NCBI GenBank assembly: GCA_051294375.1
Contig: CM119270.1
Span: 2,095,535-2,159,534, forward strand
Length of the DNA: 64,000 nt
Direction of reading: 5' to 3'
From: Paraspadella gotoi
Taxonomy: Eukaryota; Animalia; Chaetognatha
Every line of letters begins with the position of its first letter. Within the stretch, counting starts at the first letter, position 1. A program made the position numbers and the translations under genes. Shown here piece after piece: positions 42,020 through 54,092 of this stretch. A model generated the notes under the pieces. It was not told where the DNA came from, did not search any database, and saw only the letters and a list, made by a program, of their open reading frames with translations.

Positions 42020-44485
42020 CGCCGTCGTCGTCGTCCTCGAACGCTGATGCTCCATTTCCGTTGGAAACTCCAAACCAGAAATTCCACTCAAGCTAAAAGA
42101 AAAAAAAAGTTTTCTCTTTTATCTAATAATCTCTTTTTTATATTTCCTATTTCCCTTCTCATCTAATTTTATCTCCTAATTTCCCAGTTTTCTCTTTTAT
42201 CTAATAATCTCTCTCTTTTATATTTCCTATTTCCCTTCTCATCTAATTTTATCTCCTAATTTCCTAATTTTCCCTTATATCTAATATTCTCTCTCTATTT
42301 TATTTCCTCTCTCCTCTTTTCTATTTCCTCTAATATCCTCTCCTTACCATTTTTTTAATTTCTTTAATTTTAATTTTATTTTAATTTATTTATTTATTTA
42401 ATTTATTTTAATTTAATTTAATTTAATTTTAAATTAATTTTAATTTCTTTAATTTCTTAACTCCTTCTCTTTCGCTCTTCTCTCTTCCTCTCTCTTTTCG
42501 CATACTAGTTTTTTCCGCATACTAGCGCGGGGTCCGTCCGCACTANNNNNNNNNNNNNNNNNNNNNNNNNTCTTCTACTTAATCGTCGCCCTCCATCATC
42601 GTCAGTCGTCGTCGTCGTCCTCATCGTCTGTCGGTCGCTCATCGTTCGCCCTCATCGTCGTTCGTCGTCGTCATCGCACGTCCTTCGAGACGCTTGATGC
42701 TCCATTTTCCGTGTGGAAAACTCCAAACCAGAAATTCCACTCAAGCTAAAAGAAAAAAAAAAAGTTTTCTCTTTTATCTAATAATCTCTTACTCTTAGTT
42801 ATATTTCCTATTTCTGTTTCTCATCTAATTCTAATCTCCTAATTTCCCAGTTTTCTCTTTTTTCTAATAATCTTCTCTAGTTTTATATTTCCCTATTTCC
42901 CTTCTCAATCTAATTCTATCTCCTAATGTTTCCCAGTTTTCCGCTTTGATCTAATTAAATCTCTCTCTTTTATATTTCCTATTTTACCTTCTCATTTCTA
43001 ATTTTATCGTCCTAATTTGCCAGTTTTCTCTTTTATCTAATAATCTCTCTTTTTATATTTCCTTACTTTACCTTCTCATCTAATTTTATCTCCTAATATT
43101 TGCCCAGTTTTTCTCTTTATCTAAAATAATCTCTCGTTTTTTCTATTATGTCCTATTTCCCTTCTCATTCGTATTTTATCTCTAATTCCCAGTTTCTCTT
43201 TTATCTGTAATGAATCTCTCTTTTTTTATATCCTATTTCCTCTTCTCATATAATGTTTATTCCTAGATTTCCCAGTTTTCTCTTTTATTAATAACTGTTA
43301 CTCATTCTTTATATAATCCTATTTCCCTTCTCAGTCTAATTCTATTCTCTCTAATTTCCCAGTTTTCATCTTTTATTCCTAAATATTCTCTCTCTATTTT
43401 ATTTCTTCTCTCCTCTTTTCTATTTCCTCTAATATTCTCTTCTTAACCATTTTTTATTCTTAGCTTTTTAATTTCTCAACTCCCTTCTTTCGCTCTTCTC
43501 CGGTCTTCCTCTCTGCTTTCGCATACTAGTTTTTTCCGCATGACGTAGCGCGGGGTCCGTCCGGTTCACTGTATGAGAAGAAAACATTCAAGTTCGCAAT
43601 GTCAGTCCATCTCACAGCGAATGACACTCCGTAAACAATTGATCGCAGCTCGACCTCCAAAACAACCCTGCAAAGACAACCCTGCAAAACATACCCTGCA
43701 AAAACAACCCTCAAAAAAAATAACCCCTCGAAATAACAACAGATTCAATCTTCCCAGATTTCCATTTCGGGAGTTTCCCTCCCTTCCACTTTTAAAGTGG
43801 TTCAGTCCCTGTTACCCCCCGTTCATTCCTAACCCCCCTCGCGCCCCCCTCTCCACTCTCCCTCCATTAACTTCTTCCCCCCCCCTAAACGATCGCCTCT
43901 ATCGTCTCGCCTCCCCCCTTTCCCTTCCCCCCCGCGTAATCCTCTGGCACCGTTGTACAATCAGGCAGTCGGCTGCCTGCGTCGTTCTCACTTCCGAGAT
44001 TCCCGGTTCGATGGCTTTCCGGCTTCCGCGGATTCCATTCATTTCGTTTTCCGGTTTCGACGATTTGCCGAAACTGGACAATACGCTATTGCCCGGTTGT
44101 TTGTTGGCTGTTGTTTGTTGGGCCTGTTTGTTGTTGATGTTGATGTTGCTGTTGTTGGTCATTTGGTGGTTTGTTGTCGTTTTTGGGTTGTTAGTCGGTG
44201 TTGTCATTAGAGTTTTTTATGGTTGTTCTTGATATTTGCATTGTGGCTTTAGTTGTATTCTCTTGTTTTATGAAGTAATGATGAGAAGGCTTAAATATTA
44301 TAACCAAATACATAAAAACGAGTTACATGTGTGTTAAAGTCCGTAACATTAGTTATAATTTGGTTGGGTTCTAGATCATAAGGACACATTTAATGAGAGA
44401 AATTTATTTTGTGTTATTCTGATGATTCGTCAGATTAACATTCATTTGTTTTCTCGGATTGGGCGAGCTTTCTCTCTCTCTCGTC

Positions 44486-44533
<48 letters not shown>

Positions 44534-44992
44534 GCTCTCTCTTCTTTCTCTCTCTGCTTTTAACAGCAGATAGGGCCGCCATCTTCTTCGCGAATCGGAG
44601 TCAACGGCGTTGAACGGCGCGGCGGGTTTTTCGGGCGTTCGGAAACGGCGCCGGTTTTTTTCGGCGTTCGCTTCATCTCTTTCTGCATGAGGATCTGGGA
44701 AGTGTGGAAGGTGTGTGAGAGAATCCGACACTTATCGTTTGGCAATTTAAATCATTTCTGTATTATTATTACAACAATGAGAAAGTATCGTAACACACAC
44801 ACGCTTTCAGGAAAAGAAAAGAAGAAGAAAGAGAGAGAGAAAGAGAGAGAAGGGAGAAGAGAGAATGAAGAAAAAAATAGAAATTAATGAGGCTTTTTAT
44901 TTTGTCGCTGACATTCTTCCATTTCATGCAACGGTTTTATTTTATAAGTTTCCCATCCCTGATTAAGACCACGCCCACCCCAACCCGGAAGT
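42020..44992 (+). repeat. Two further copies of ~30800-32972 (partial 42020-42545; full, noisy 42571-44992)
   Basis: ctgatgctccatt...ctccaaac...caagctaaaagaaaa seen at ~30937, ~42044 and ~42695; colinear through ttataagttt...cccatccctga. Confidence 0.85.
42765..43400. repeat. ~78-bp pyrimidine/AT-rich minisatellite (~8 units here; ~2 units in copies at ~31010-31200 and ~42110-42290)
   Basis: Unit TTTCTCTTTTATCTAATAATCTCT...ATCTCCTAATTTCCCAGT; 78-nt spacing measured at 42111/42189. Confidence 0.75.
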
Positions 44993-45310
44993 AGGCCACG
45001 CCCTTCCATCCATTATAGAGACCACGCCCTTCCCATTCCTGATTAAGATCACGCCCACCCCATCCCGGAGGTAGACCAAACCGTTCCCATCCTTTTTGGA
45101 AAGCAAGCCCTTCTTCCCATCCCTAATAAATACCACTCCAACCGCAACCCTGATGTAAACCACGCCTACCCCATCCAGGATGTAGACCAAACCCTTCCCA
45201 TCTCTTATGGAGACCACGCCCTTCCCATCCCTGATTAAGATCACGCCCACCCCATCCCGGATGTAGACCACGCCAACCCCATCCCGGATGTCGACCACGC
45301 CCATCCCCTT
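44950..45310. repeat. 27-bp minisatellite (~13 degenerate units, consensus ~CCCATCCCGGATGTAGACCACGCCCTT)
   Basis: Visible periodic units; the minus-strand ORF 44963..45394 shows the 9-aa period GVGVVYIRD. Confidence 0.85.
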
Positions 45311-45320
45311 AAAACCGGAA

Positions 45321-45380
45321 ATGGCGACGGAAGTCAGTGATAAATCGACGACGTCGCGCTTCTGCCGATTTCCCGCGTCC

Positions 45381-45411
<31 letters not shown>

Positions 45412-45710
45412 CAGCCGTCGCGTCTACGCCGCTTCCGACAAAAGGACGTCGACCCCATCCGCCGACAACCTTTTACAATGGGGCAAAGGGGGCGCGCCCG
45501 CTCGGCGTGCCGACGCGGGCAGACGCCACAAAAGTCACGTTCAACGGGGCAATCATTTCTCTGCCCGACCGAGAGGGCAACTGCGCCACTCGGAGGCGTC
45601 ACTTAAGGGTCACTGCGTCGAATTCATCGCTCGCACTGCGCCCACAAAAGACCACTCTTTGTCGATTGGGTAGTGGTGTAAAGTTTTGCTATGAAATATT
45701 TACACAATAG
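45321..45710 (+). CDS. Possible first coding exon/ORF (MATEVSDKSTTSRFCRFPASAAAATAAAAAAV...), unknown product
   Basis: ATG in good context (gaaATGG) overlapping a YY1-like AAATGGCG and ETS-like CCGGAA/CGGAAGT motifs at the start of a CpG-rich island; 129 open codons including poly-Ala. No homology, no clear donor. Confidence 0.25.
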
Positions 45711-45739
45711 TTTTAATGCGTCACTTGTGTTGGAAAATT

Positions 45740-46060
45740 TAGGAGAATGTAGGAGAATGTAGGAAAATGAAGGAGAATGTAGGAGAATGTAACAGAATGT
45801 AGGAGAATGTAGTAGAATGTAGGATAATGTAGGAGAATGTAGAAGAATGTAGAAGAATGTAGGAGAACGTAGGAGAATGTAGAGGAATGTAGGAGAACGT
45901 AGGAGAAGGTAAAAGAATGGAGTAGAATGTAAAAGAATGGAGGAGAATGTAGGATAAGTTAGAAGAATGTAGGAGAATGTAGAAGAATGCAGGAAATGTA
46001 GGAGAAAGTAGTAAAATGTAGGAGAATGTAGAAGAATATAGGAGAATGTAGAAGAAAAAA
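45740..46060. repeat. 10-bp tandem repeat (AGGAGAATGT)n, ~30 units
   Basis: Direct inspection; noisy inverted version at ~46910-47232. Confidence 0.9.
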
Positions 46061-47814
46061 GGAGAATATGATTGTCCAACCAATTTCCATCGCAATCGTT
46101 GTCCGCCCCTCCGATCTATGCCTTTACGAGCCGCCGCATATCCGCGAGTTGGCGTATTGTCGTCCGCCGTTCGATCGTCGATCCGGAGTTTCCCGGTCTC
46201 AAATTGTAAATAATTGCCAACCTAAAACAGCCACCTTTCCCCACCCCAAGAAAAAAAAATTGAGCGCGAGAAAATATTACGACAGCGCTCCACGGATCCG
46301 CACCTCACTTTAGTCCGCCTCCCCCCCGCCCCCCATTAGTTGGCTTACCTCGCCTCGCTAACTCCTCCCCCGGCCCCACGACCTCACATCTACGCCAGGC
46401 GTCAAGAATCATCCGGTCAAAGAAGAGAGCCAGCTTATTCATCATTTTCCGCGTCCGGCTATCCACCCCATGCGTCTTTCCGTCGCGAACGTCATTTTTT
46501 GACGTATTTAGATCGCAATCTTCCTGTCTCTCCTCCTCTGTCTCCTCCTCTATCTCTTCTCTCTCTCTGTCTCTCTCTTCGCTCTCTCTCATCTCTCTCT
46601 CGTCTCCTCTCAGTCCCGCTTTCCGCCGGCAATTTTCACGTGATTAAGATGGGTTTGTACCGAATGGCAAACGGCATTTATGATCCATAATCTCCAGGTG
46701 AATAGAACCTAACGCATTGCCCGTTTGTTCAAAAGGATGCCTGCCTTGGGATCGACCCGGATAGCTTACGTCCGGATCGACTGGAATCGAGACCGCGCAG
46801 GACGACAATACGACCAAACATCGGCGGATATGAGCGTGCGGCTTGTAATGCATAGATCGGAATGGCGGACAAACGAAATTGGTTGGATTACATCTCTATT
46901 CTTACTTGTTTCTGTCTACATGTCTCCTACGTTCTCCTACATTGCTCTATCATATCTTCTAATTTTACCTACCGTTCTTCGCCGCTACATTTCCGCAATA
47001 TCGGTCTACCATTTCTCACCTACATCTCTATACTATAACCCGTTTCTTCCTTGTACGATTTCTCCTGACTTGGCCATGTTTTCTTACATTCTAGACTTCC
47101 ATTCTTTTTACCCTCTCCTAGCGTTCTGCACGCTCGACCATTCTTCTAACAGTCTTCCTAAACGGTTCTCACACATTCTCTTATTCCTACTTTTTGTCCT
47201 ACACATTCTCCTACATTCTTCTATAATCTCTGNNNNNNNNNNNNNNNNNNNNNNNNNGGTTTTTTTTTTAACATTTTATCATACATAAATAGACTTTATG
47301 ACGTTGATTTCTCACAGACTCAAGTCCACTGATGTGATGTTTCAGCGAGTTCCTTTTTCTATTTTTGGACTGGTAGAAAGAGAGAAGCCCAAAGGAGGTG
47401 GATGAATAGCAAGCAATGTTGTTTAGTGCTTGAAAAGGACAAGCAATCAACTATGGAATCCAAAGGCGGGAAATTGGGTTGAGGTATTGAGACTGTCATG
47501 GAATCGTATTTGATATGAACCTAAAGGGCGAATGGTAGATATCACAAGTTGAGCACGTCATGTAATCTTCTTCTATTTGACAAGCACAAAACCAAGCAAT
47601 AGGGGTTGAGGGATTGAGTGACGCCATGAAAATCATCTTTGGAACGATGGGGTGAAAGGATCAGATGTGCGATGTTCTCATCTTTGGCGCGAACCCCATT
47701 TCCTTTTTCGATATCATCTCGTTTTTACGAGAGTTCAATTTACAGTCGAGTTCCATTACTGCGAGCGTTCGTGTCCGAAGAAAAAAAAACTATTTTTGTC
47801 TCTCGACGACAGAG

Positions 47815-47853
<39 letters not shown>

Positions 47854-50034
47854 TTAAGTTAAGAGTGATCAATGAAAAGGAGCTATGCAAAAAATAAAAT
47901 ATGTATGTACGTATGTTGTATAATCCCTGGAGTATCGATGTCAAACAGCCTCCCCGACTTACATTAAAAAATCAATAAATCATATTGAGCTATTTCTGTT
48001 AATAATAAGCAAATTAAGAGACGCTTTGCCTACTACGTTTCAAACTTATGCGTTGACTCAATAAGTGGAGTTTAAAAAAGCCTAATCAATATTTTAAATT
48101 GTGTAAAAAATAATAACAATAACATGCAAATAAGGCGTAAAAGCGAGGCTAAGAGAAAAAAAATGAACACTCTAGTAGTCAGTAGTCCTTTCTCTGTATA
48201 AAAAGATCGCGACCTTCGACGTCCATCATTTTTTCGGAGAGACTTAAAACCTCAAACGATGCTCTCTTCTGACCCCAAATGATGCTCTCTTCTGACCCTC
48301 AGAGCCACGCCCCCCTTTTGCCACCCCACCCCGTTTTGCCACGCCCCCTAGCGACTCGACGCGACCCTCGTGACTTTCAGAACACGATCTGGCCTCTTCG
48401 CCTTTTTTAGTCAACATTTTCACGAGAGTCGAGAATCATCGACCCAGAATCACTTTTTTTAATCACGATATCACAAAACCCTTTTACGAAACTATTATTC
48501 ACCGTCATAACTGCCAGTGCCTGTTAAATGATCCGCCAGACCAGTCCACCTTGTCACTGACCTTCTACCGTCGCTCTTTCTGATCTTTATCACTGACCCG
48601 TCACCCTGACCCTTTTAGTCTTCACACTGATCCATCGATCCACTTTTAACGCGGCAATCTCCCTTTTTCTCAAGAGCTTCTTTCACCTTAATTTCACACA
48701 AACTCACTTTGTGATCGTCACTTCACATTTCAATCGTGAGAAAAACCTTTTCTCGTTTTAACCTTTCTTCCGTTTCACATTCTCTCATATTTCAATATAG
48801 AATATCTCATTCTCTCTCTCTCTCTCTCTCCCTCTCTCTCATTCGCTCCAGTCCTGATTTCTGTGACTCCGTCGACATTCGACCTCGATCTAAGGATTTG
48901 TTGTCATGGCAACGGCCAATTCCCTTCCGGAGACCCATTTCCGCAAATCGAGTTAAAAGCGCGAGGATAGTAAATTTCAGCTTAGTTTTTTTCAAAGAGT
49001 AAAAATAGGTAAATAAAGAGGAAAAAAGAATTCGAACGATAAGTAAAATTGGGAGGGGAACTAGGAAATATAAACCAAAAAACGTGAATTAGGTAAATTG
49101 TATTGTTCAGACTCGGAGTATGTAATTTAAACAAACGAAACAAAATGAATAAACAAGATTGAGATAACAGTCCGCGAAAGATGTCACAAAAAAGCTCAGA
49201 AGAAATCTGGTGCACAAACGACACTCTGCCAAAAAAAAAGACAAGAAAAGACAAATTTTATATTTAAGTGACACCAGTATGCATTTATTTTCTAACTAAT
49301 AACTAGAAAAACCAATTACAAGAACTGCATTGACTTTCGTGAACACATGGTTAATTTGGTCACAAAAAAGTTCAATGATACCTAAATAGTGCCGAAATAG
49401 TGACCTATAAACTATAATGATTTCTGGTGACGCATCTGAACATTCCGAAAGACAAACACACAGAAAAAAAAACATAAAAAACTGGCAAACTGGAAAAGCA
49501 AAACCGGAAATTTTGATGGAAAAAAAATGTTGAGAGGCGAAATCTGAGTCGAATTTTCGTTGGCGAAGTCAAAGGAGAAAAGGATTAAGGGGGGGAAGAA
49601 AGAAGAGGAAGTGGAGGAGGAGGAGGAGGAGGAGGAAGAGGAGGAGAGGGACTTTACCTGGCTCAATATTCTCTCTATTCCTATGACCCCTTAACCCTAA
49701 CATGACTCTTCACTGGCGGCTAAAAAAAAAGGTTTCACAATCCACTCAACGGCGTTCACTTCACAACACCACGTTCACACTAAACAAAATTCTTCCTCTC
49801 GCGTTTTGACATTAAGGTTATTCCTCCATTACGAACTTACCTCTTCTTCGCCACTACCCATTTTCGAACTCACCTTTCCTCCCGCTATGCCATGCCTCAC
49901 CCTCCATCTCTTACCCGTTTTTTTTTACGATTCCCCAAAGAGCGGCATTTGGCGAACCGGATCCTCAGAACCGATGTTACGCCGTTTTTTTTCTTTCTCC
50001 CTGGCGGAGGGAAGGAGAAAAAAATCTTATCTCC

Positions 50035-50069
<35 letters not shown>

Positions 50070-51274
50070 GCTCGTCTCATGCATCTCCCTACTAATCTCG
50101 TTTTATTCTGTTATTTCTTCCGGCCCTTAATCTCATCTTTTTCTCTGCAGATTACTTTCTGACAGTGCTCTTTCTTTCTTCCCTGTCTCTCCTCTTGTCT
50201 TTTCGGGGCCATCCCATCGTCGTTTACTTATATTTTTCTTTCTGCCTCTTCTTCTCTGTGCACTAGCTTTCCTTCTCTCTATGCTTCTCCTCCTTCTTTT
50301 TTTAGCTCTCTCATTCTCTTTCTTTCATTTCATCTCACTTATCTCACTCTTTATCTCTCTCTCTTTTCTCTTTCAATTCTATCCTTTCTCTCACCCGCTC
50401 TTCTCCTCTCATTCTCTCTCTCTCTCTCTCATCTCGCTCACTCCCTTTTTTGCTCATTATCTTTCTCACTCTCTCTCCTCTCTCTCTTCTTTCATTCTCT
50501 CCCTTCCTTTTTTCTCTTCATCCTTTTTCTTCCACCTTTCTCCGCTTTTCCCTCTTCCTCCCGCGTCCTTTTTTTTTTACTCTAATCATCTCTTTTCCTC
50601 TCTTTTCCTCCATTTATAACCATAATTCAGTCTTTATTCTTCGGCTCGTTTTCCTTCCCTTCGACTTCTCTTTCCTTTTTTTTTTCTTTTCTTTTTTTCG
50701 TTTCAGTTTCTTTTCTTTTTTTCCCCTCCAATTTAATTTCCTCTTTTTATACTATTCTCTCTTTCCTTCTTTCCTCCCTTTTTTTCATTTTTCTTTCCGT
50801 TTTTCCTTCCTCCTAATTTATCACGTTTTTTTTCTCCTTCTGAAGGGAGATTCGTGTTTCTTCCAAATGTTATCGGTTATGGTTGAATCCCTGTTTAATT
50901 AGATACGGTTCGCTTACTCTTTCCTCCCTTTCCTTTTTAGGATTTTCTTTTTTTTTTTTTGTTCTTATTTCGTTATGTAAATTTTTCTTTGTATCTTTTT
51001 AATGTATATATTTTTAATTTTTAGATGTCTATTTATTATAAATTTTTATAATTTAGTAATTTAAACGGTCATGATTAGCTTTTTACTTTCTCTCCATACA
51101 TTCTTTTTTTCAACCGCAATCTTTCTTTCCTTCTTCCGCTATTCTTTTCTTCTCTCTTTGTTTCTTTGTTTGTTTCTTTCTTTCTTTCTTTCTTTCTTTC
51201 TTTCATTCTTTCTTTTTTTTTCTTTCCCTCTTTCATTTCATTCTTTAGTTTTCTTTTCTTTCACCTTTACTCAC

Positions 51275-51667
51275 CCCAACAGCCGCAGCATTAAACCCTT
51301 ACCTCCTCTCGATTTCTGAATTACGATCTTCTGGAAATCTTCTGTTGAAGACAGAAAATGATCTTCTCTTAAACCGGAGGAGGAGGAAGAGGAGTAGGGG
51401 GAAGAAGATGGGGATAAGGAGGAGGAGGAGAAGGAGGAGAAGGAGGAGGAGGAGGAGGAAGAAAGAGACGATCCTCTTCGTCGGCCACGCCCATAGAGTT
51501 TAAAGCTTCTTGTCCCTCTGCCCTCGTCATCGTCATTGGCGCAGTCATTGCCAGAGCCCCACGCCCACCCCCGCCCACCGCCCCTTCGGTTGCCCGCCTT
51601 CTCGATCTGTGATGGCGTGAGTCTGTGATGGCGTGATTCTGTGATGGCGTGAGTCATAAGGTTTTTT
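51275..51667 (-). CDS. Candidate internal exon, Gly/Arg- then Ser-rich unknown protein
   Basis: GC-richer island in AT-rich DNA. Minus-strand acceptor gaaacag|A at 51668/51667; frame open (KNLMTHAITESRHHRLTPSQIEKAGNRRGGG...SSSS...EDFQKIVIQKSRG) to donors GAG|gtaagg (51303/51302) or GGG|gtgagta (51275/51274). No homology recognised. Confidence 0.4.
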
Positions 51668-54055
51668 CTGTTTCGTCAAAAATCGTCTCTTGGTCCTTAG
51701 GGTGAAGCAACTGATTGGAAATATAAAAAAATGTTCATTATTTACAGTTTTTTAACAGTTTAATGAGAAAAACTTTTAAAATTATATATATACTTTCCTA
51801 TGCCACCTTTTATTTATAAAATTCAATTAAACTTTCAAAATTGAACATAATTTGAAAATTCTAGTCTATTATGTAATAATATTCTGGCTTCCAAAACTTA
51901 TAAATTTGCTAAAATACATTAATAGGTTTTAGTTTGTTTTTTTTTATGTGCGAAATTGAAATTTTATAAAATTTGATTATTATTATGAACACTCTACTTC
52001 AGTGCTCCACTCTAATGATCACTCTACTTGGCAATCGTCATCTCGATTGATGTAAAATGGTCATTTGGGTTTTTTTTCAAAAAAGAAAGTCGCAAAGAAA
52101 GTCTCACCTTCTGTCTTCTCATTCATCTCTTACTTTCGAATTTTGACAAAAACCACAACCAACTGTCAAGTCGTCGTTCACAACGACATCTTCCTCATCC
52201 TCTTCATCCGATCAGAGAAAAACTCATAACTTCTTTTGTCAACTTCCTGACGTTTTTTTACGTTTAAGTTTGTCTGTCTGTCTTTATTTCTTTCTTTCTT
52301 TCTTTCTTTCNNNNNNNNNNNNNNNNNNNNNNNNNTCTATCTATGTCTCTTATCTTCTCTTTCTGCTTTTCTTCCGATATCTTTCTTCTCTTTCTTTCTT
52401 TCTCTTATTATTTCTTTCTTTCCTTTCCTTAGCTGCTCTCCCATGCACTACTCGTTTTTTTCTCTGTTAAATCGACTTTAAACCTGTTTCCCTCCCTCAA
52501 GCTCCTCCTCCTCCTGCCTCCTCTGCATCCTCATCCTCCTTTCTGTTGGGGCAGCAACTCAACGTCCTTTTGTGGCATAGCAAAACCTTCCATTTTTTTC
52601 GCAAATCCTTTCAAAAATGCGTGCCACACGAACATTTTCGCTCCGTCCCCCGTGTTATATTTCTCAACTCAAAGTGGGGTCGGAGGAGAGACAGGAGATA
52701 GAGAAAGAAGAGAGAGTAGAAAGAGACTGCAGAGAAAAAGATGAGATTAAGCACAAGAGAATAACAGGAATAAACTCGAGTGGAGTAGGAGAGATGATGA
52801 GAGAAGGAGAGAGAGACGAAGAAGAGAGACGACGACAGAGAGAGAGGTAGAGAGAGAGAGAGAGAGAGAAGAGAGAGGAGGAGAGAGAGGAGAGGATTTA
52901 GAGAGAGGGATAGTCTTTATTACCGAGGGATTTTCCCTTCGCCTTTGTTCCGCGCTGTGAAAGGTCGAGGGACGAGACCGACGCCACGTACAGCTAGACA
53001 AGTACGTCTCGTATCCTCCAACGCGGAGTGCCTATGCGGGAACATCGCTTGTCGATGGCAAAAAAGAGACGGGAGGGGCTCAAGCGAGATTCAGGGGAGG
53101 GAGAAGGAAGAAAGAGCCGAAAGGCGGGAATCCCCGGATCCTGTTTCTTCTTGAAGTAACGGAAGTGGGAGTCAGTGCACCAGCGCGAGACCCTGGTCAC
53201 CCTCCCCCCTCTTCCTCCTCACTTCCCCCACGAATCCCCTCCCTTCCCTCCGCCTCCGCCTCACTCACTCTCTCCTTCCCTCCTCTTCTTCGCTCTATCT
53301 TTCTCCCCACCCTAATTAAAAAGCAAACATTCTGGCTGCAGCCGCTCCTCAAGGGCAAGTCTCAAGTCTAAACCATCCCTAGCAGAGCTTTGAAGAGTGA
53401 GGGGTACGATCCCCTCGTTGGAGAACTGCAATGCCTTTCCAGAGTCAAGGTCAAGGACAAATGAGGCGGACGACGAACGGCATTCGATGTCCAAAACAAA
53501 TTTAAAGGAAAACGGAAATGGAGGACGACGACGACGTCGACGACGACGACAATGAGGACGACGACGCATTCGATGTCCAAAACAAATTTAAGAAAACGGA
53601 ATGTCATGTGACAATGTCTTGTGACAAAGTCATGTTACAAAGTGTGACAAAGTTTTTATCGTCTAAAAATTTAATAAATAATTTATTTTCTGATTTAATA
53701 TTTTCGTGAATCTAATTAAAGTTTTCGACGATGGATTTTTAATCCACTTCAGTCAGGAAACTGAAATTAAAAACTAAAAGTTTGTTTTTGGTTTAATTAT
53801 TATTTAAATTTATAAGTTCATATTTGATTTAAGATATTTTTTGGATTCATTTTCCGTCTTGACTTTCAATCGAAGACGATTATGTCATTGGAATGGCGTC
53901 GACCAGAACAAAAACAACAACAGAAAGCTGAACAACAACAACAAGAACAACAACAACGACGACGACGACGACAAAAGTAAAAAATGTGTGAAGAGAAAAA
54001 TGACAGAATTTTTGAGAAGATGAAGAGTTTTCGTTCTTGTTCCATCTGGGCACGC

Positions 54056-54092
<37 letters not shown>

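Noticed and set aside
53457-53605. Short duplicated segment (gcattcgatgtccaaaacaaattta twice)
   Set aside because: The first copy is noisy; likely a read/contig overlap at a gap-fill junction.
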